From: an uncultured Acidobacteriota bacterium
GTDB taxonomy: Bacteria > Acidobacteriota > Thermoanaerobaculia > Gp7-AA8
Assembly: GCA_963822445.1 (NCBI GenBank)
Contig: CAWGHO010000003.1
Location: 1,728,001-1,792,000, forward strand
DNA length: 64,000 nt
Direction: 5' to 3'
The notes beneath the pieces are model-generated. The model saw nothing but the letters and a program-made list of their open reading frames with translations. It searched no databases and was not told where the DNA came from. Made by a program: the position numbers and the translations under genes. Shown here piece by piece: positions 22,501 through 31,132 of the stretch (positions within the stretch are counted from its first letter, which is position 1; every line of letters begins with the position of its first letter).

Positions 22501-22760
22501 TCCTGAAGAACGAGGGAGTATTGGATCTCGCGCTGTTGCCACCGGCCGTATCCGAATCTACCGATGAAAACCGCCACGGCGCGCGAGCTCTGCAACGCGC
22601 GCTCGAGCTCCGCCGGCCAGGCCTTCCCCACTTTCAGGTCGTCCTGATCGATGAATGAGCGCACACCGCGCGCGATGAGGCGCTTACGGATCCTGCGAAC
22701 GGCTTGTTCATCCGCGTGGTTGTAGCTGAGGAAGAGGTCGAAACGCGCTTCCGAGGTCAT
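19575..22760 (-). CDS. TIR - nSTAND1-type NTPase - TM - helical (TPR-like) repeat protein (NLR-like)
   Basis: FDLFLSYNHAD and WQQREI TIR motifs; SPYRRLDAFREEDASLFFGRE, GPSGSGKSS, LLIVVDQFEELFT, PGNLPLLEYAL, EVAHEALIRRWQRL; TM LAAAAAMLIVLLAGWIW; Ala-rich helical repeats. Confidence 0.9.
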   Translation of the reverse strand: MTSEARFDLFLSYNHADEQAVRRIRKRLIARGVRSFIDQDDLKVGKAWPAELERALQSSRAVAVFIGRFGYGRWQQREIQYSLVLQEESKGRLAVIPVILEGAQLPAGFIALNTWVDLRNGIDDHSIDRLVQAIEMSEDASPPPTDISPYRRLDAFREEDASLFFGREQAIDAVVSRIDEASRWEDRPRFVTVTGPSGSGKSSVVSAGVLPQLRSRRPPRLVWDAVVMQPRKDPWRSLASVFVPLLEPALSEIDGIRASGKLAEALSVQGGIATTIERILRKSRGTDRLLIVVDQFEELFTLTEDSAARDFVRALLEASRNAPLCILATLRSDYYGKAIALDRDLSDALPGAQVTLGPMRRDELRDVIVRPASTVRLTFEAGLVDQILDDVGDEPGNLPLLEYALSELWDLRSEGRMTFAAYQEIGGVAGALTRRAETIYGELSDTQKEAARRFLMRLVRVSAADEEGADTRRRARRDEIGDDGWKLVQAFAGERARLVVSGKDASSGEDGVEVAHEALIRRWQRLREWLNDDREFLLWRQDLALYRAASPEGIPQGTLLTKASRWLRDRGSELNAAEREYVEKSLTVAVRSRRMRKTLAAAAAMLIVLLAGWIWYTRTAGYDVRTILARGPEVQIKSESRSRQSYDTNVAWLTTLLRLERYEEIRRGIAAQAEAGERAKQLARLAVAMRGIAPDRSALVLKDALAEANRASHATPWQAAFLAQIAKAAALAGDKKTSIGLLETADALLSHSDAQFASGAFVGYTGGFYRKQVADAWKQVGRPDRARQALKPVLELPADGENIGVLTDAVGELLPGETGVADRFPKFAGADEHSRNWYEFMRAKAYATAGDLDKAQEIATALPKNFIDIPLAMIARIDFTRNSDLSRTRTLVRNADYSADRDLLDYVVGELVRHKRDSEVEQLVAEAKRPSARRDIRELFIQHLIATGRLDDAARVAELLRSNDPESGGRPLMFARLGSAFARAGRRAEAERALGDAVSRTAELLNEHERDEVDAVRAPAEASLGRFREARLIADGIENDDRQWEAYFGILDVYATQKARR

Positions 22761-23203
22761 GAATGAGTGCGGCCATGGTACAGAGTTTTAGGCGCGCTTT
22801 CCGCACTTCAGTAATTGCCGCCGTCGTCCGCAGCAAGTTGTCGCCGCGAACCCATTCGCAGAACGCGCGACTCCGACGCTCAGAGCCGGGCACTCGATTT
22901 CTCATCGCGTTCGATGGCGCGGCCGTCGTCCGGCTCCGGCACCCGGCGCCGCGCATCCAGATTTCTCTCGACCGAGCGTCGTATCCCAGTGGCGCAGCCT
23001 GGGATTCGGAGGGAGAGATGAACGAGGAGACCCAGCTCGTGCCGGCGCAGGGCGTCCTCGGCGAGCACCTCGAAAGACTTGCCGCTCACGTCAAGTACAC
23101 CGCCGAGGCGCGATGGGCGGAAGTCTCTGCTGAGGCGATGCACGCAACGCGGCAACGGCAAAGCGAAAGGACGAGCCGAAGCCGGAGTGAGGGCGCAAAC
23201 TCG

Positions 23204-23881
23204 CTATGCGTCCGCCGGCGGCGGCTCATCGGCAACCACCGGCCGCGGCGCAGCTCTCGGTTTCCTGCGCGTGGTAGCGGGGAGGGCTTCCTTCAGAACC
23301 AGCAATCCGATGAGGAGGCCGAGGGAGAACATGACCGCCATGTACAAGACGGAGAGGAGGATGTTGCGGTCGCTGATCTGGCCCGGCGGATAACAGGCCG
23401 ACACGTCGTCGGGATTGACGCTGATCGCGCGACCGATGCAGCTCTGCATGGGAAGGTTCGCTTCCAGGCATGCACAGGTCTTCACCATCTCCTTGCCGAC
23501 GACATACGCGATCTTTGAATGCGCGCCCGGCACTTCGACGCGGACGACGGACTTCTGATAGGCGGCGAACAGGACGAAGACCAGGACCACGAGGAGCATG
23601 AACGTCGCGGCGAACGCGCGCTTCAGCCAATGAGCGTGCGTCGCATCGCCGCCGAAGAACTGCACGCCGACGGCGGTGATGCTGATCAGGAGCGAGGCCC
23701 ATGGAATCACGACGCCCTGGAGATCGCGAGGGAAGACGTCGAGGATGGCGGTGAATCCGAGCTTGCCACCCCAGAGCGGCAATAATCCGACACTCAGGGT
23801 CACCACGAACGAGAGCAGGTAGCGGAGATACTTGCTGCCGAGCGGAGTCAGTGGCGCGAGCCTGCCCTGGTTCGTCGTCAC
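23204..23881 (-). CDS. hypothetical 4-TM membrane protein with Cys-containing loop
   Basis: C-terminal half of ORF 23204..24442; GTG at 23881 overlaps the upstream stop (GTGA); four hydrophobic segments; CAC..C..C in loop. Confidence 0.65.
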   Translation of the reverse strand: MTTNQGRLAPLTPLGSKYLRYLLSFVVTLSVGLLPLWGGKLGFTAILDVFPRDLQGVVIPWASLLISITAVGVQFFGGDATHAHWLKRAFAATFMLLVVLVFVLFAAYQKSVVRVEVPGAHSKIAYVVGKEMVKTCACLEANLPMQSCIGRAISVNPDDVSACYPPGQISDRNILLSVLYMAVMFSLGLLIGLLVLKEALPATTRRKPRAAPRPVVADEPPPADA

Positions 23882-24822
23882 TTCAACCCGCAGAACGTGT
23901 CTCTGGTGGTGTCGCCGGCGGAGACGAGCGTGCAGCCCACCCGCGTGCGGTCGTCGTTCATGAGGTCGAGACTGAACGTCGAAGCGTGATAGCCCCGTCT
24001 CTTCACGCTGGCCGTGTAACGGCCTCTCCAGACTGATTTGATCTTGTTGTTCGTCGTGGTTTCTCGTTTCGAGAGCGTGTTCGTCCCGATCTGCATCGCG
24101 AAGCTCGCCTCGTTCGGGGCCGAATCGACTGTGATGGTGGGATTCAGCACGTCGTGGGCGAGGTACCGGTCGATGGCGGCCACCACGCGTCGCAGCAGGG
24201 CGTCGACCGGTCCGCTGTCCACTTCCGCGGCCGAGGACGCGGTTCTCGTGTCGTTGCGAACGAGGTGGATGGCGTTTCGATGGTTGCGGGCGATGGTCTG
24301 ACTGACCTCCGCGATCTCGGCGTCGAGGCTCAACTGCGAAGCGAGCGCCTCGCGGGGAAACACCGCCGCGACCTCCCGGCGGATCCGGGTGACCAGTGCC
24401 CGCACCTGGGCGACGGAGTAGCACTGCATGGCGTACCCGCATTGGATCGGACGAAGCTCGGCGGCATACCGGGGAATGTCGTTACGAACGCGGGTGAGCT
24501 TCTCGCGCACCCTGGCTGCGGCTCGCGAGTCGCCATGGATGATGCGAGGAGCCGCGGGAACGAACCGCGGAGTGGGCGGGCGATCGCCGTGTATCGTGCC
24601 TGCCACCGGTTTCGGCGTCGGGAACGGATGCTTTCCCACGGGCGGCTTCGGATCCGTTACGGTCAGCCCGGGCGTGTCGACGTTCGGTCTCGGCGCCTTC
24701 ACTTCGGGCTTCGCCTTCGGCTTGGTCACCCGCGGTTTCACCTCGGATCGCGAGGTCCGGCCGAGTCCGATCGTGCATCCCGCTGACACCAAGACCACGA
24801 CGACCCACATCAGTCGATGCAT
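23878..24822 (-). CDS. putative lipoprotein with Pro-rich linker and C-terminal PEGA-like domain
   Basis: AGGAGAGG RBS; lipobox VSAGC; ITVDSAPNEA and GRYTASVKRRGY resemble PEGA. Confidence 0.65.
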   Translation of the reverse strand: MHRLMWVVVVLVSAGCTIGLGRTSRSEVKPRVTKPKAKPEVKAPRPNVDTPGLTVTDPKPPVGKHPFPTPKPVAGTIHGDRPPTPRFVPAAPRIIHGDSRAAARVREKLTRVRNDIPRYAAELRPIQCGYAMQCYSVAQVRALVTRIRREVAAVFPREALASQLSLDAEIAEVSQTIARNHRNAIHLVRNDTRTASSAAEVDSGPVDALLRRVVAAIDRYLAHDVLNPTITVDSAPNEASFAMQIGTNTLSKRETTTNNKIKSVWRGRYTASVKRRGYHASTFSLDLMNDDRTRVGCTLVSAGDTTRDTFCGLK

Positions 24823-24993
24823 GGACCTCTCCTTTTGGGGTTACATAGAAGGAGGGTCCGCTCGCGCCCGAATCCCTACCCACAGCTATGGAGTGTGCGC
24901 GGCGGCGCGGTTAGGCGTGAAACGATCGCGACTGGTTCCTCACTATTGCTCGGAGGGTACACACCACACCGAAACGAGAAATGAGGGAATCAT

Positions 24994-25734
24994 ATGTCTT
25001 CTCATGTCGTAACACGTAACTGCTTCGCCTTTTCTGCAGTCATCTTCATGTTCTTAGGAGTCGGCGCCGAGGCCAGGTACATATGCACGCCGGCGATCAG
25101 CCAGTATGAGTTCAGTCCCTTGGGTGGATGTAATCTGGACAAGAACGGTGACCAGCTGCTCGAGCATCATGACGTGTGCACCTGCCGTTCCTGGAGCAGG
25201 AGCTGCACCGACGATGTGAGCGGTCGATCGTATGGCTCCGCCTGGATTACTTGCTCCGCTACAACAGCACCGCCCCCACCTACTCCGCCTTACACTGGTC
25301 TGGAACACTGGCTGCAGCAGTCATTGGCTGCTTCGATCAAAGCGCCCGATGATCCGACCCGCGCAAACTCTGCGGCGACAAGAAAAAGAATAGCGCGCTG
25401 CCGGGGCGGTTTCGCCGACATCATTGATTCCACCGGCACCCCTATCGAGCCGCTGGGCGCATGTGCCGGCGGTGACTGGAGCGCCGAACTTCCAGCAAAC
25501 TCGTTCGAGATCATCGTCGACGGCTTACACTATCCAGCCGTCGCGGACTGCGAGGCCGCCAAGGCGAGCTTCATCAGCAGCTTTCGAACGAATGCTGCGC
25601 TGCGAGCGGGATGTAAAGCGAGGGTCATGCGTGCGGTACCTGTCGGACTATTGAGAGTAGAGTGTTCGGCCGGCACAAAAGTGAATGGGTTTCCTGGTGG
25701 TTCCGTCATCAGGGTCATTGTGGAGTGCCAGTAA
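24994..25734 (+). CDS. secreted cysteine-rich hypothetical protein
   Basis: GAGGG RBS, signal peptide ending AEA, 6 Cys + APPPPTPP linker + 6 Cys; lower GC than flanks. Confidence 0.6.
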   Translation: MSSHVVTRNCFAFSAVIFMFLGVGAEARYICTPAISQYEFSPLGGCNLDKNGDQLLEHHDVCTCRSWSRSCTDDVSGRSYGSAWITCSATTAPPPPTPPYTGLEHWLQQSLAASIKAPDDPTRANSAATRKRIARCRGGFADIIDSTGTPIEPLGACAGGDWSAELPANSFEIIVDGLHYPAVADCEAAKASFISSFRTNAALRAGCKARVMRAVPVGLLRVECSAGTKVNGFPGGSVIRVIVECQ

Positions 25735-25786
25735 CCAACGTCAGGGTAATTTCACCTCTCCGTCGCGGCAGGCGGAGAGCGGCGCG

Positions 25787-26732
25787 CTACTGTCCGATCA
25801 CTCCGATTGCTTTCAACCACGCTTCGGCGAGCGGGGCCCACGCCGTTGCGGTCGAGGCGATGCGGCGCAATCCGAACGCATGGCCGCCGTTCGCGAAGAT
25901 GTGGATCTCCGTGGGGACTCCGGCTTTGCGCAGCGCCGCGGCGTAGGCGAGCGAGTTCTCCACCGGGTTCATGGGATCGTCGTACGCGTGAACGAGGAAC
26001 GTAGGCGACGTACGGTCAGTCACTTGAACGTCGGGATTTGGTGTGAAGTTCGTACGTTTGGCCACGCGTCCCGGATAGAGCACGAGTGCGAAGTCCGGCC
26101 GCGAGTTCGTCTCGTCCGCGTCATCGACGGCCGGATAGAGGCGGTCGAAGCGCGTGCTGGCCATGATCGCCATGTGCGCGCCGGCTGAGAAACCGATGAC
26201 GCCGATTTTGTTCGGGTCGATGCGCCACTCGGCCGCGCGCGCGCACGATGCTCATCGCTCGCTGGGCGTCCACGTGCGCCGATGCGCACTCGCGGTACGG
26301 GCCTTGATGCTCGCAGGGAACGCGGTACTTCAGTAATGCGCACGCGATTCCGTTCGAAATCAGCCAGTCACAGATTTCGGTCCCCTCGATGTCGATGGCG
26401 AGGACGTTGAATCCGCCGCCCGGATACACGATGACCGCCGGTGTCGCGGCGGTTTTCTTTGGCGGCGGATAGATTGTGACCGTCGGTTGGGTGACGTTTT
26501 CGATGTACATGTACGGCTTGCCGCCGACCAACTTCTTCTGGTTGGTCTCGCGATTCAGGGCGTAGTGAAGAGCCTCGATGCCGACGCCGGGGCGTGGATC
26601 GGGTGGCCCGTCAGGCCAGAGAACGATCTGCTTGTGGCCGCCAGCCGGCTGCCAGGCCGTTTGCGCATCAGCGTTCTGTGTGGCAGCAACGATCAGGCTC
26701 AGCCCGAGCGCGACCCGTAAGGCCGTCTTCAT
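25787..26732 (-). pseudogene. alpha/beta hydrolase (acetylxylan esterase/BD-FAE-like), frameshifted near 26235-26245
   Basis: Signal peptide, PAVIVYPGGGF, LLKYRVP, DAQRAMSIVR; shifted frame continues AEWRIDPNKIGVIGFSAGAH, RPDFALVLYP, GGHAFG; break lies in a (GC)n run, possibly an assembly error. Confidence 0.8.
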
Positions 26733-27122
26733 TTGTCCTCGCTTTTCCGAGGACGACGTATGCGCGCTTCGTACCCAGTGTGGTCAACACGCGGTTCGCG
26801 TCCGCGGCGTTTCCGTGTGGGTTCAGTTGTCGGCCCATCCGCTGGCACTGCCGACGTTGCGCGTCGAGGCGGCAATCAGGACGAGTGGGCATCACTCGCC
26901 TGGTGATGTCCATTCGTGCTTTTCCTCGTTAACCATCGGGCCGCCGCCTCGGTAACAAGATGCGAACGCGTGCGTTGTTAGGCGGATCACTCGACGCTTC
27001 AGGGGCTTCAGCCTCGGGCCAGCGAACGGGCCGCCGTCAGTTTCTAGCCGCGGTTAGGCGGCGACGCTTCGCACGGTCTTTGACCGATGGTCCCGCGACT
27101 CCGATTCTGGATCTTCATACCC

Positions 27123-27770
27123 CTATCGGTCGAGCAGGCTACGTCCTGTGCGAACAAGCCTGATGTATGAACGAATGAACACCGCCGCCGGCAACGCGCT
27201 TACGAGGACGAGCACGGCTGAACGGACGAATCCTTGGTTCCGCCCCCAAGCTGCGCCTAGAAACAGAGCGATGAGGACCAAAACACCACCCAAGTACGCC
27301 AAGTAGAGCGGCCACGAGTCCGCGCGCTCATAGCCAGAAAAGTACGCCGGCGCTTTGTGTTCTTGTTCGATGTTTCGGCCGCTTTGGACTATACGATAGA
27401 AACGTACGACATACGTCACTTCCATCGCGTAAAGGATGTTTATGAGAAGCGCTGCCACATAGGTAACGAGACCACGAGCAGGCACGCCAGCGAATTCGAT
27501 GTCGCTTGAGTGGCCTTTTGGAAGGAAACCGAATCCAAGTGCCACGGCAACCACGATAAGTGTCGTGATCGCTATACGTGCCTGAAACATCAGCGACGAG
27601 TAGTGGCGAGCGAGCTCGAAATGTGATTCGTATGCAATGCGCACGAGCTCCCAGGCTACTCCGGCTGCATTTGAGCCTTCGACACTGACAGCCGGCGATT
27701 CTGGCAAGAACTCGGAATTCCGTGCGTTTGGATGGCCGGGTCGAGCGCGCCTACCGCTTCGTTTTGTCAC
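27123..27770 (-). CDS. low-GC hypothetical 4-TM membrane protein
   Basis: Four hydrophobic helices, atypical codon usage; start uncertain. Confidence 0.6.
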   Translation of the reverse strand: MTKRSGRRARPGHPNARNSEFLPESPAVSVEGSNAAGVAWELVRIAYESHFELARHYSSLMFQARIAITTLIVVAVALGFGFLPKGHSSDIEFAGVPARGLVTYVAALLINILYAMEVTYVVRFYRIVQSGRNIEQEHKAPAYFSGYERADSWPLYLAYLGGVLVLIALFLGAAWGRNQGFVRSAVLVLVSALPAAVFIRSYIRLVRTGRSLLDR

Positions 27771-28066
27771 ACCGCTCCATTTGGCTAGATTAGCAGCGTC
27801 GCCGCCGCACGGTGACCATTGTCGCGATGCTTCCCTCTTAACGCAACTTCCGCGATACGAAACGACACGTCGTTAGCGCGGCTTGCTCGTGGGGAACATT
27901 CGGCCGCCATCTCACGACCAGGACGATCGAAGAATCTGACCCTTGCACCGTTCTCTTCGTCCGCCCAACTCTTATCTAAGTGCACCCCGTAAACAGAGAG
28001 TTGGGTTCAACCCACGAGTTCATTACCGCGTCCACCAGCATGGTCTGCGGAAACACGCCTCCCTGC

Positions 28067-28119
28067 TCCTTGACCGCGATGTTGACTTCGCAATCTTCGA
28101 CTTCAGCGTGTTGCGCGCG
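28067..28119. repeat. displaced copy of the 3' end of the gene at 37681..42990 (direct repeat, 50/54 identical to 37685-37738)
   Basis: tccttgaccgcgatgttg-acttcgcaatcttcgacttcagcgtgttgcgcgcg vs tccttgaccgcgatgttgtacttctgaatcttcgacttcagcgtgttccgcgcg. Confidence 0.9.
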
Positions 28120-28350
28120 GCTGAGCATCACCTCGGCGAGGATCGGCACATCCTCGATCCGTCCACGCAGCGGAGGCAGTTTCAGACGAGCGACGTTCAG
28201 CCGGTAGTAAAGGTCCGCGCGAAACCGGCCCGCGGCTACCTCCGCCGCGAGATCCCGATTCGTCGCGGCGATGAGACGGAAGTCGCGCGGATGTCGCGCG
28301 TCCTCCGGCCCGACGAAAGCGCTTGTCCTCGATCACGGCCAACGCCCTCA
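28120..28350 (-). pseudogene. fragment of a sigma54-activator AAA+ domain
   Basis: Hand translation across a frameshift: [12 protein letters not shown] / [51 protein letters not shown]; no start, Walker A or GAFTGA. Confidence 0.8.
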
Positions 28351-28460
28351 ACGAGAAACGCACGGAAACTATCCGCTCCTGTAACGCTGGATAGATGGAA
28401 GTATGTTGCTTTCTTGACGACCCGGACACGATCATGGCGCCGTGAAGTCGTTGTCAGCCC

Positions 28461-30332
28461 ATGACCTCTGACGGGGTCCTCATGGTCAACCTGCTCTACA
28501 TCGGCCGTGAGGGCGACGCCCGGTCGGTGGGCGATCATCTGGAGCGCGATGCCATCGAGGCCAGGGTTCGCGTCGCCGGGGATCGCGAGGCTGTCCTGCG
28601 TGCGCTTCAGGAGGAAACGCAATGGAGCGCGGTGATCGCCGACGAGACGCTGCCAGGCTGGTCGGCCTTCGAGGCGCTGCAACTCGTTCACGATCGCCAT
28701 CCGAACCTGCCTTTCCTGATCTTGTCGGCCGCGGCCGGCGAGGAGCATGCCATCGACGCCATGCGCGCCGGCGCCAGCGACTGCATCGCCAGGGATCGCC
28801 TCGGCCTGCTTGCCCCGGCGCTGCGCCGCGAATTGCGGGAGGCCGCGACGCGCAGCGAGCGCTCGCATCTGTTCAACGAGCTGCGCCACAACAAGGAACG
28901 CTACCGGAGCACGTTCGAAAGGGCTCCGATCGGCATCGCCAACATCGGCACAGATGGGCGGTTCAGGAGCGTGAACGAGTATTTCTCTGGCGTCACCGGC
29001 TACTCGAAGCGCGATCTGATCGGCCGTCGATTCGAGGAGCTCGTTCATCCGGACGACATCGAGGACGCCGAAATCTGGCAGGCGCAGATCGAAGGGCTCC
29101 GCACGACGGTCGAGCACGAACGCCGTCTGCTGCACAAAGACGGACACACGGTCTGGGTCCGGATCGCGTTCACCCCCATCTTCGGAGACGAGGGGGAGAT
29201 CGAAGAGATCATCGCGCTGGTGAACGACCTCACCGCGCAGCAGCTCACCTCGAATCTGCAACTGCTCCTCGAATCGACAGCCGAGGGAATCGTAGCGGTC
29301 GACGTCGACGGCCGTTGCCAGCTCGTCAACCGCTCGGCCGCGCGCATGCTCGGCACATCCGAGGATGAGCTCACGGGAGTGGAGATGCACGAGGTCTCTC
29401 ACAACCGGTACGCGGACGGCTCGCCGCGATCGGTCGAAGACTGCCCGATCATGGAAGTGCTTCACACGGGGGCGACTCTGGTCATCGCCGACGACACGTT
29501 CTGGCGAGCCGACGGCACACCGTTTCCGGTCGAGTACTCGGCAGCGCCTCTCGTCGAGGACGGAAATACGATCGGAGTTGTCGTCACGTTCAGCGACATC
29601 AGCGAGCGGTTGAAGCTGGAGGCCAAGCTCGAGCAGGACCAGCGCCTCTCCAGCCTGGGCCGTCTCGCGGCGACGGTCGCGCACGAGTTCAACAATGTGC
29701 TGATGGGGATCGCTCCTTTTCTCGAGGTCATCCGGCGGACCACGTCCCGCGAACGGATCGAGTCTGCCCTCGGTCAGATGTCGCTTTCGCTGGCCCGCGG
29801 CAAGCGGATCACCGGCGAGATCCTGCGGTTCACGCAGCCGGCCGCGCTTTCACGGGCGCGAGTCGCTGTCGCCGAGTGGCTGAGCGCGGTCTCCGCCGAG
29901 GCGCATTCGCTTCTTCCTCCGAGCTGCACGCTCGACGTCGTGTCGGAGGAAGGCCTGGCCATCGATGGCGACGTGAGGCAGCTCCATCAGATGCTGACGA
30001 ATCTCATTCTCAACGCCCGCGATGCCATGCCCGCCGGCGGCGTTCTGACGATCCGTGCCTCGCGCGAGCCGGCGGAGGCGAAGTTCCCCTTCGGCATCGT
30101 CGAGCGGCCCGAGCGCTTCGTGCACCTGTCGGTTCGCGACACCGGTACCGGAATGACCGAGGAAACGCGCCGCCACATCTTCGAGCCGCTCTTCACAACC
30201 AGGAAGAGCGGCACGGGCCTGGGCCTTTCGCTCGCCCATCAGATCGTGGCCCGCCACGGCGGCGAGATCTTCGTGGAGAGCGTGCCCGGCGGAGGCACGA
30301 CCTTCCACATCTTCGTTCCCGCGTTGGATTGA
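28461..30332 (+). CDS. sensor histidine kinase (REC - 2 PAS - HisKA - HATPase)
   Basis: N-terminal receiver (IADETLPG, AMRAGASD), PAS (VHPDD; RADGTPFPVEY), VAHEFNN, NLILNARDAM, DTGTGM, GTGLGL. Confidence 0.92.
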   Translation: MTSDGVLMVNLLYIGREGDARSVGDHLERDAIEARVRVAGDREAVLRALQEETQWSAVIADETLPGWSAFEALQLVHDRHPNLPFLILSAAAGEEHAIDAMRAGASDCIARDRLGLLAPALRRELREAATRSERSHLFNELRHNKERYRSTFERAPIGIANIGTDGRFRSVNEYFSGVTGYSKRDLIGRRFEELVHPDDIEDAEIWQAQIEGLRTTVEHERRLLHKDGHTVWVRIAFTPIFGDEGEIEEIIALVNDLTAQQLTSNLQLLLESTAEGIVAVDVDGRCQLVNRSAARMLGTSEDELTGVEMHEVSHNRYADGSPRSVEDCPIMEVLHTGATLVIADDTFWRADGTPFPVEYSAAPLVEDGNTIGVVVTFSDISERLKLEAKLEQDQRLSSLGRLAATVAHEFNNVLMGIAPFLEVIRRTTSRERIESALGQMSLSLARGKRITGEILRFTQPAALSRARVAVAEWLSAVSAEAHSLLPPSCTLDVVSEEGLAIDGDVRQLHQMLTNLILNARDAMPAGGVLTIRASREPAEAKFPFGIVERPERFVHLSVRDTGTGMTEETRRHIFEPLFTTRKSGTGLGLSLAHQIVARHGGEIFVESVPGGGTTFHIFVPALD

Positions 30333-30351
30333 GATCTGGACTGCGGCTCTC

Positions 30352-30424
30352 CGGTGTGGTGCAGGCCTCTGGCCTGCCCCTCGTTCCCCCGCCCAAAGGC
30401 AGGCCGGAGGCCTGCACCACACCG
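30352..30424. repeat. REP-like inverted-repeat element, family B
   Basis: CGGTGTGGTGCAGGCCTCTGGCCTGCC...GGCAGGCCGGAGGCCTGCACCACACCG; preceded by a half copy of family A at 30335-30347. Confidence 0.8.
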
Positions 30425-30430
30425 CACTCG

Positions 30431-30462
30431 AAAAAAAAACGCCGCTCTTCCGAGCGGCGTTT
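30431..30462 (-). terminator. intrinsic terminator of gene 30485..30946
   Basis: AAACGCCGCTC-ttcc-GAGCGGCGTTT stem with an A9 run on + (U tract on minus). Confidence 0.85.
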
Positions 30463-30484
30463 GCTCACTGCTCTTGTTTGGAGA

Positions 30485-30946
30485 CTACGCCGCGATGGCC
30501 TGGTCTTGGACCAGCTCGTCGCGAATCACGCGAAACGATTTCGCGTCGATCTCGGCGGTCTCGGGATCGAGGAAATAGGCGACGTCCGAGCGGACGCTGG
30601 CGCCGTCGGGATTCTCACCGTTCCACTCCAGAACGGCCCACTGAATGAGCGGATTGAAGATGTTGTGATCCCAACCGAACGCAGCATGCCGGTTGCTGTA
30701 GGCGGCAGTGGCCTCCGATGCCACCACGGCAGAGCTTCCCTGCTCTTCCAGGCGGGTCTTGTAGGCGGCGAACGCCTTGGCGTCGCGCTCGGCGGTCTCG
30801 GCATCGACGAAATACGCAACGTCACGGCGCGGCGCCATTGCCTGCGGTCCCCCGAACTTCTGTCCCACACTGTGACACTTCACTACCAGCCAATGAATCA
30901 TCGGCCGTCCGATTTTGTGATCCCACTCCAACGCAACATAAGCCAT
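30485..30946 (-). CDS. hypothetical protein made of two tandem ~70-aa repeats
   Basis: AAGGAG RBS; WDHKIGRPMIHWLV..RDVAYFVDAETAERDAKAF repeated as WDHNIFNPLIQWAV..SDVAYFLDPETAEIDAKSF; own terminator. Confidence 0.8.
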   Translation of the reverse strand: MAYVALEWDHKIGRPMIHWLVVKCHSVGQKFGGPQAMAPRRDVAYFVDAETAERDAKAFAAYKTRLEEQGSSAVVASEATAAYSNRHAAFGWDHNIFNPLIQWAVLEWNGENPDGASVRSDVAYFLDPETAEIDAKSFRVIRDELVQDQAIAA

Positions 30947-31132
30947 TGTTCAGTCTCCTTGGATGATTGACCGGGCCGGCCCACCGCCGTCCGTTTGTGC
31001 CTACCCTTAAGAGTTATTAGCACGTCGTTATTTCCGGAGTTGCGCCGTTCAGCGCGTGTGCGGAAAGATGGAATACATCTCTATTTTCGGCCATTACTCG
31101 GGGCTCATCTCACAACCAGGTTCGGCCCGAAA

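Noticed and set aside
22763-23518. + strand ORF with an RBS before ATG 23018 (MNEETQLVPAQGVLGEHL)
   Set aside because: May be a gene remnant, but it runs antisense into the membrane gene and has no recognisable motif
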